Of a stretch of DNA of 64,000 nt, positions 60,708 to 64,000 are shown in pieces. Both the position numbers and the translations under genes were made by a program. Positions within the stretch are counted from its first letter, which is position 1. Every line of letters begins with the position of its first letter. The DNA is from Squalus acanthias. Its lineage: Eukaryota. The notes below the pieces were generated by a model, which worked only from the letters and a program-made list of their open reading frames with translations, was not told the origin of the DNA and did not search any database. The stretch covers positions 124,001-188,000 of the forward strand of contig JASTWF010000080.1 of the NCBI GenBank assembly GCA_030390025.1, given 5' to 3'.

Positions 60708-62150
60708 GGTCGGAGCATGGGGGGGCAGAGAGGATCGGAGTCAGAGCATGGGGGGGGTCGGAGCATGGGGGGGGGGGGCGGAGAGGATCGGGGTCGGAGC
60801 ATGGGGGGGGGGGGGAGGTGGAGAGGATCGGGGTCGGAGCATGGGGGGGGGGAGGTGGAGAGGAGCGGGGTCGGAGCATGGGGGGGGGCGGAGAGGATCG
60901 GGGTCGGAGCATGGGGGGGGGTCAGAGAGGATCGGGGTCGGAGCATGGGGGGGGGGGTGGGAGAGGATCGGGGTCGGAGCATGGGGGGGGGGTGGGAGAG
61001 GATCGGGGTCGGAGCATGGGGGGGGGCAGAGAGGATCGGGGTCGGAGCATGGGGGGAGGGCGGAGAGGATCGGGGTCGGAGCATGGGGGGGGGTGGGAGA
61101 GGATCGGGGTTGGAGCATGGGGGGGGGTGGGAGAGGATCGGGGTCGGAGCATGGGGGGGGGTGGGAGAGGATCGGGGTCGGAGCATGGGGGAGGTCAGAG
61201 AGGATCGGGGTCGGAGCATGGGGGGGGTCAGAGAGGATCGGGGTCGGAGCATGGGGGGGTGGGGCGGAGAGGATCGGGGTCGGAGCATGGGGGGGGGGCG
61301 GAGAGGATCGGGGTCGGAGCATGGGGGGGGTGGGAGAGGATCGGGGTCGGAGCATGGGGGGTCAGAGAGGATCGGGGTCGGAGCATGGGGGGGGGCGGAG
61401 AGGATCGGGGTCGGAGCATGGGGGGGGCGGAGAGGATCGGGGTCGGAGCATGGGGGGGGGGAGGTGGAGAGGATCGGGGTCGGAGCATGGGGGGGGGCGG
61501 GGGGGATCGGGGTCGGAGCATGGGGGGGGGGCGGAGAGGATCGGGGTCGGAGCATGGGGGGGGCGGAGAGGATCGGGGTCGGAGCATGGGGGGGGGGCGG
61601 AGAGGATCGGGGTCGGAGCATGGGGGGGTCAGAGAGGATCGGGGTCGGAGCATGGGGGGGTCAGAGAGGATTGGGGTTGGAGCATGGGGGGGGCGGAGAG
61701 GATTGGGGTTGGAGCATGGGGGGGGGCGGAGAGGATTGGGGTTGGAGCATGAGGAGGGTCGGAGCATAGGGGGGTCGGAGCATGGGGGGGTCAGAGAGGA
61801 TCGGGGTTGGAGCATGGGGGGTCAGAGAGGATCGGGGTCGGAGCATGGGGGGGGTCGGAGCATGGTGGGGGCAGAGAGGATTGGGGTTGGAGCATGAGGG
61901 GGGTCGGAGCATGGGGGGGGCGGAGAGGATCGGGGTCGGAGCATGGTGGGGTCAGAGAGGATCGGGGTTGGAGCATGGGGGGTCAGAGAGGATCGGGGTC
62001 GGAGCATGGGGGGGTCGGAGCATGGTGGGGGCAGAGAGGATTGGGGTTGGAGCATGAGGGGGGTCGGAGCATGGGGGGGACGGAGAGGATCGGGGTTGGA
62101 GCATGGGGGGTCAGAGAGGATCGGGGTCGGAGCATGGGGAGGGGGCGGGG
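60708..62150. repeat. ~35-bp G-rich minisatellite inside a MITE-like element (about 60548-63440)
   Basis: Units ggagaggatcggggtcggagcat(g)n; outer ends ggccgggattttaa...ttaaaatgacccc. Confidence 0.9.
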
Positions 62151-62301
62151 GGGGGAGGGAAGCATCTTGCATCCTGGATCCAGCAGCCCTTGCCTTACTT
62201 CAGCTGTCGGATTCTCCGAGTCCTGCAAAACCTGACTAGCCACAGCTAAATTTGAAATGCTGGTTAAATCGGAGGCAAGCCAGCCTCATTATAATATGTC
62301 A

Positions 62302-63274
62302 CTCGGAGGTCGAACTCCAAACCATCGTCAACACCTTCACCGAAGTGTACGAGAGCATGGGCCTTACACTAAACATCCGTAAGACAAAGGTCCTCTACCA
62401 ACCTGCCCCCGCTACACAGTACTGCCCCCTGATTATCAAAATCCACGACAAGGCCTTGGGACAACGTGGACCACTTTCCATACCTCGGGAGCCTACTATC
62501 AACAAGGGCAGACGTCGATGACGAAGTCCAACACCGCCTTCAGTGTGCGAGTGCAGCCTTCGGTCGCCTGAGGAAGAGGGTGTTTGAAGACCAGGACCTC
62601 AAACCCGGCACCAAGCTCATGGTCGACAGACCAGTAGTAATACCCGCTCTCCTGTATGCCTCAGAGACATGGACCATGTACAGCAGGCACATCAAAGCAC
62701 CGGAGAGGTACCACCAACGCTGCCTCCGCAAGGTGCTGCAAATCCATTGGCAGGATAGGCGCACCAACGTCAGTGTTCTCGCTCAGGCCAATATCCCCAG
62801 CATCGAAGCTTTGACCACGCTCGATCAGCTCCGATGGACGGGTCACATCGTCCGCATGCCCGATACGAGACTCCCAAAACAAGCGCTCTACTCGGAGCTC
62901 CGACACGGCAAGATAGCCCCAGGTGGGCAGAGGAAACGCTTCAAGGAGACCCTCAAAGCCTCCTTGAAAAAGTGCAACATCCCCACTGACACCAGGGAAT
63001 CCCTGGCCCAAGACCGCACAAAGTGGAGGAGAAGCATCCGGGAAGGCGCCGAACACCTCGAGTCTCTTCGCCGGGAGCAAGCGGAAGCCAAGCACAGGCA
63101 GCACAAGGAGCGCACGTCAACCCAAGCACCCCACCCACCCGCCCCTTCAACCACCGTCTGCCCCACCTGTGACAGAGACTGTAAGTCCCGCATTGGATTC
63201 ATCAGTCACCTGAGAACTCATTTTTAATGTGGAAGCAAGTCATCCTCGGTTCCGAGGGACTGCCTAAGAAGAAG
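62302..63274 (+). mobile_element. 5'-truncated RTE-clade LINE
   Basis: FPYLGS, LLYASETW, LRWTGHIVRM..RLPK, C-terminal CPTC..HLRTH; (GAA)n tail; TSD aa(t/c)atgtca. Confidence 0.9.
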
Positions 63275-64000
63275 AACATGTCAATGGGCGACCAGCCTCC
63301 TGGGAGCGGATTGGTTGCCCGCCGCCCCCAGTCCCGCCTCCGGAAGTGGGCGGGTTGGCGTCGGGATTCCGTTATTCTAACACTTTAACCTCCCACCCGA
63401 CCCCAACACAGCCGGTTTTTGGGGAGGTTAAAATGACCCCTAAATTCTCCGGTTACCTGCCCAAGTCACTCAGTCCCGAGCAACGTTTTGCCCCACTAAT
63501 AATGCTAATGCCTGCAAGAATCTATTTATGATTATAACTGGAGATTACATTTAATTTAATCAAGTTAATGGTTACTGAGTTAGGGGCTGGAAATTCCATA
63601 CTCTTTGGGTTTCTCGTACTTTTCGTACTCTAGATATCTTTGACTTTGTTTCTGATTGTAAGTGAGTTCTCACTCCCTCCATCCCAGAGAAGATTTTCAC
63701 TTGCCCTGATATCTGGGTAAAATTCATACTGTGCCCAGGTAATGAACAGAGAACCCTTGTCAGATTATTTCAATGTCTGGTCCTATCCTGTATCTTCACA
63801 GAACTTTGCTGGTCTTCGAAAGTTGGGAGCATAACACTACACTGCCCCTTGTCTTAGGCTTTAACTGACAAACGCAGTGATTAAACACTAACAGAACAAG
63901 TGAACAGTATCAGTAACAGCATAGCCAGCTCCTCCTATAGTAGAAATAATAAAGAGCTCCCCTCTCCTGTGCCAAAATGAAAAATCAGTCATTTCCTTAC

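Noticed and set aside
60516-62243. Gly- and Pro-rich ORFs
   Set aside because: Minisatellite with variable G runs

Overview
Eukaryotic, repeat-rich vertebrate DNA, very probably a shark or other cartilaginous fish (HE1-type V-SINE, SacSINE1-type DeuSINE, shark-type CR1/L2/Penelope elements). The backbone is a tandem pair of minus-strand non-classical MHC class I-like genes. Copy B is complete: leader 40789-40738, a1 29146-28886, a2 24521-24246, a3 24128-23850, TM 21199-21086, cytoplasmic 18906-18875. Copy A has leader 7354-7303, a1 3598-3338 and a2 540-265, and its a3 runs off the window. Both copies lack the a2 disulfide cysteines and most N-terminal peptide anchors, yet keep a canonically spaced SXY promoter module. 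Between the genes is an LTR element with a tRNA-Leu PBS, two dissimilar LTRs and an env-like remnant. A near-intact two-gene PIF/Harbinger transposon sits inside it. The rest is nested CR1/L2/Penelope/RTE elements, Harbinger-type MITEs, Penelope hammerhead ribozymes, about 10 minisatellites (two apparently derived from CR1) and a 14-finger C2H2 zinc-finger ORF. Most long ORFs in the supplied track are translated minisatellites or antisense shadows.
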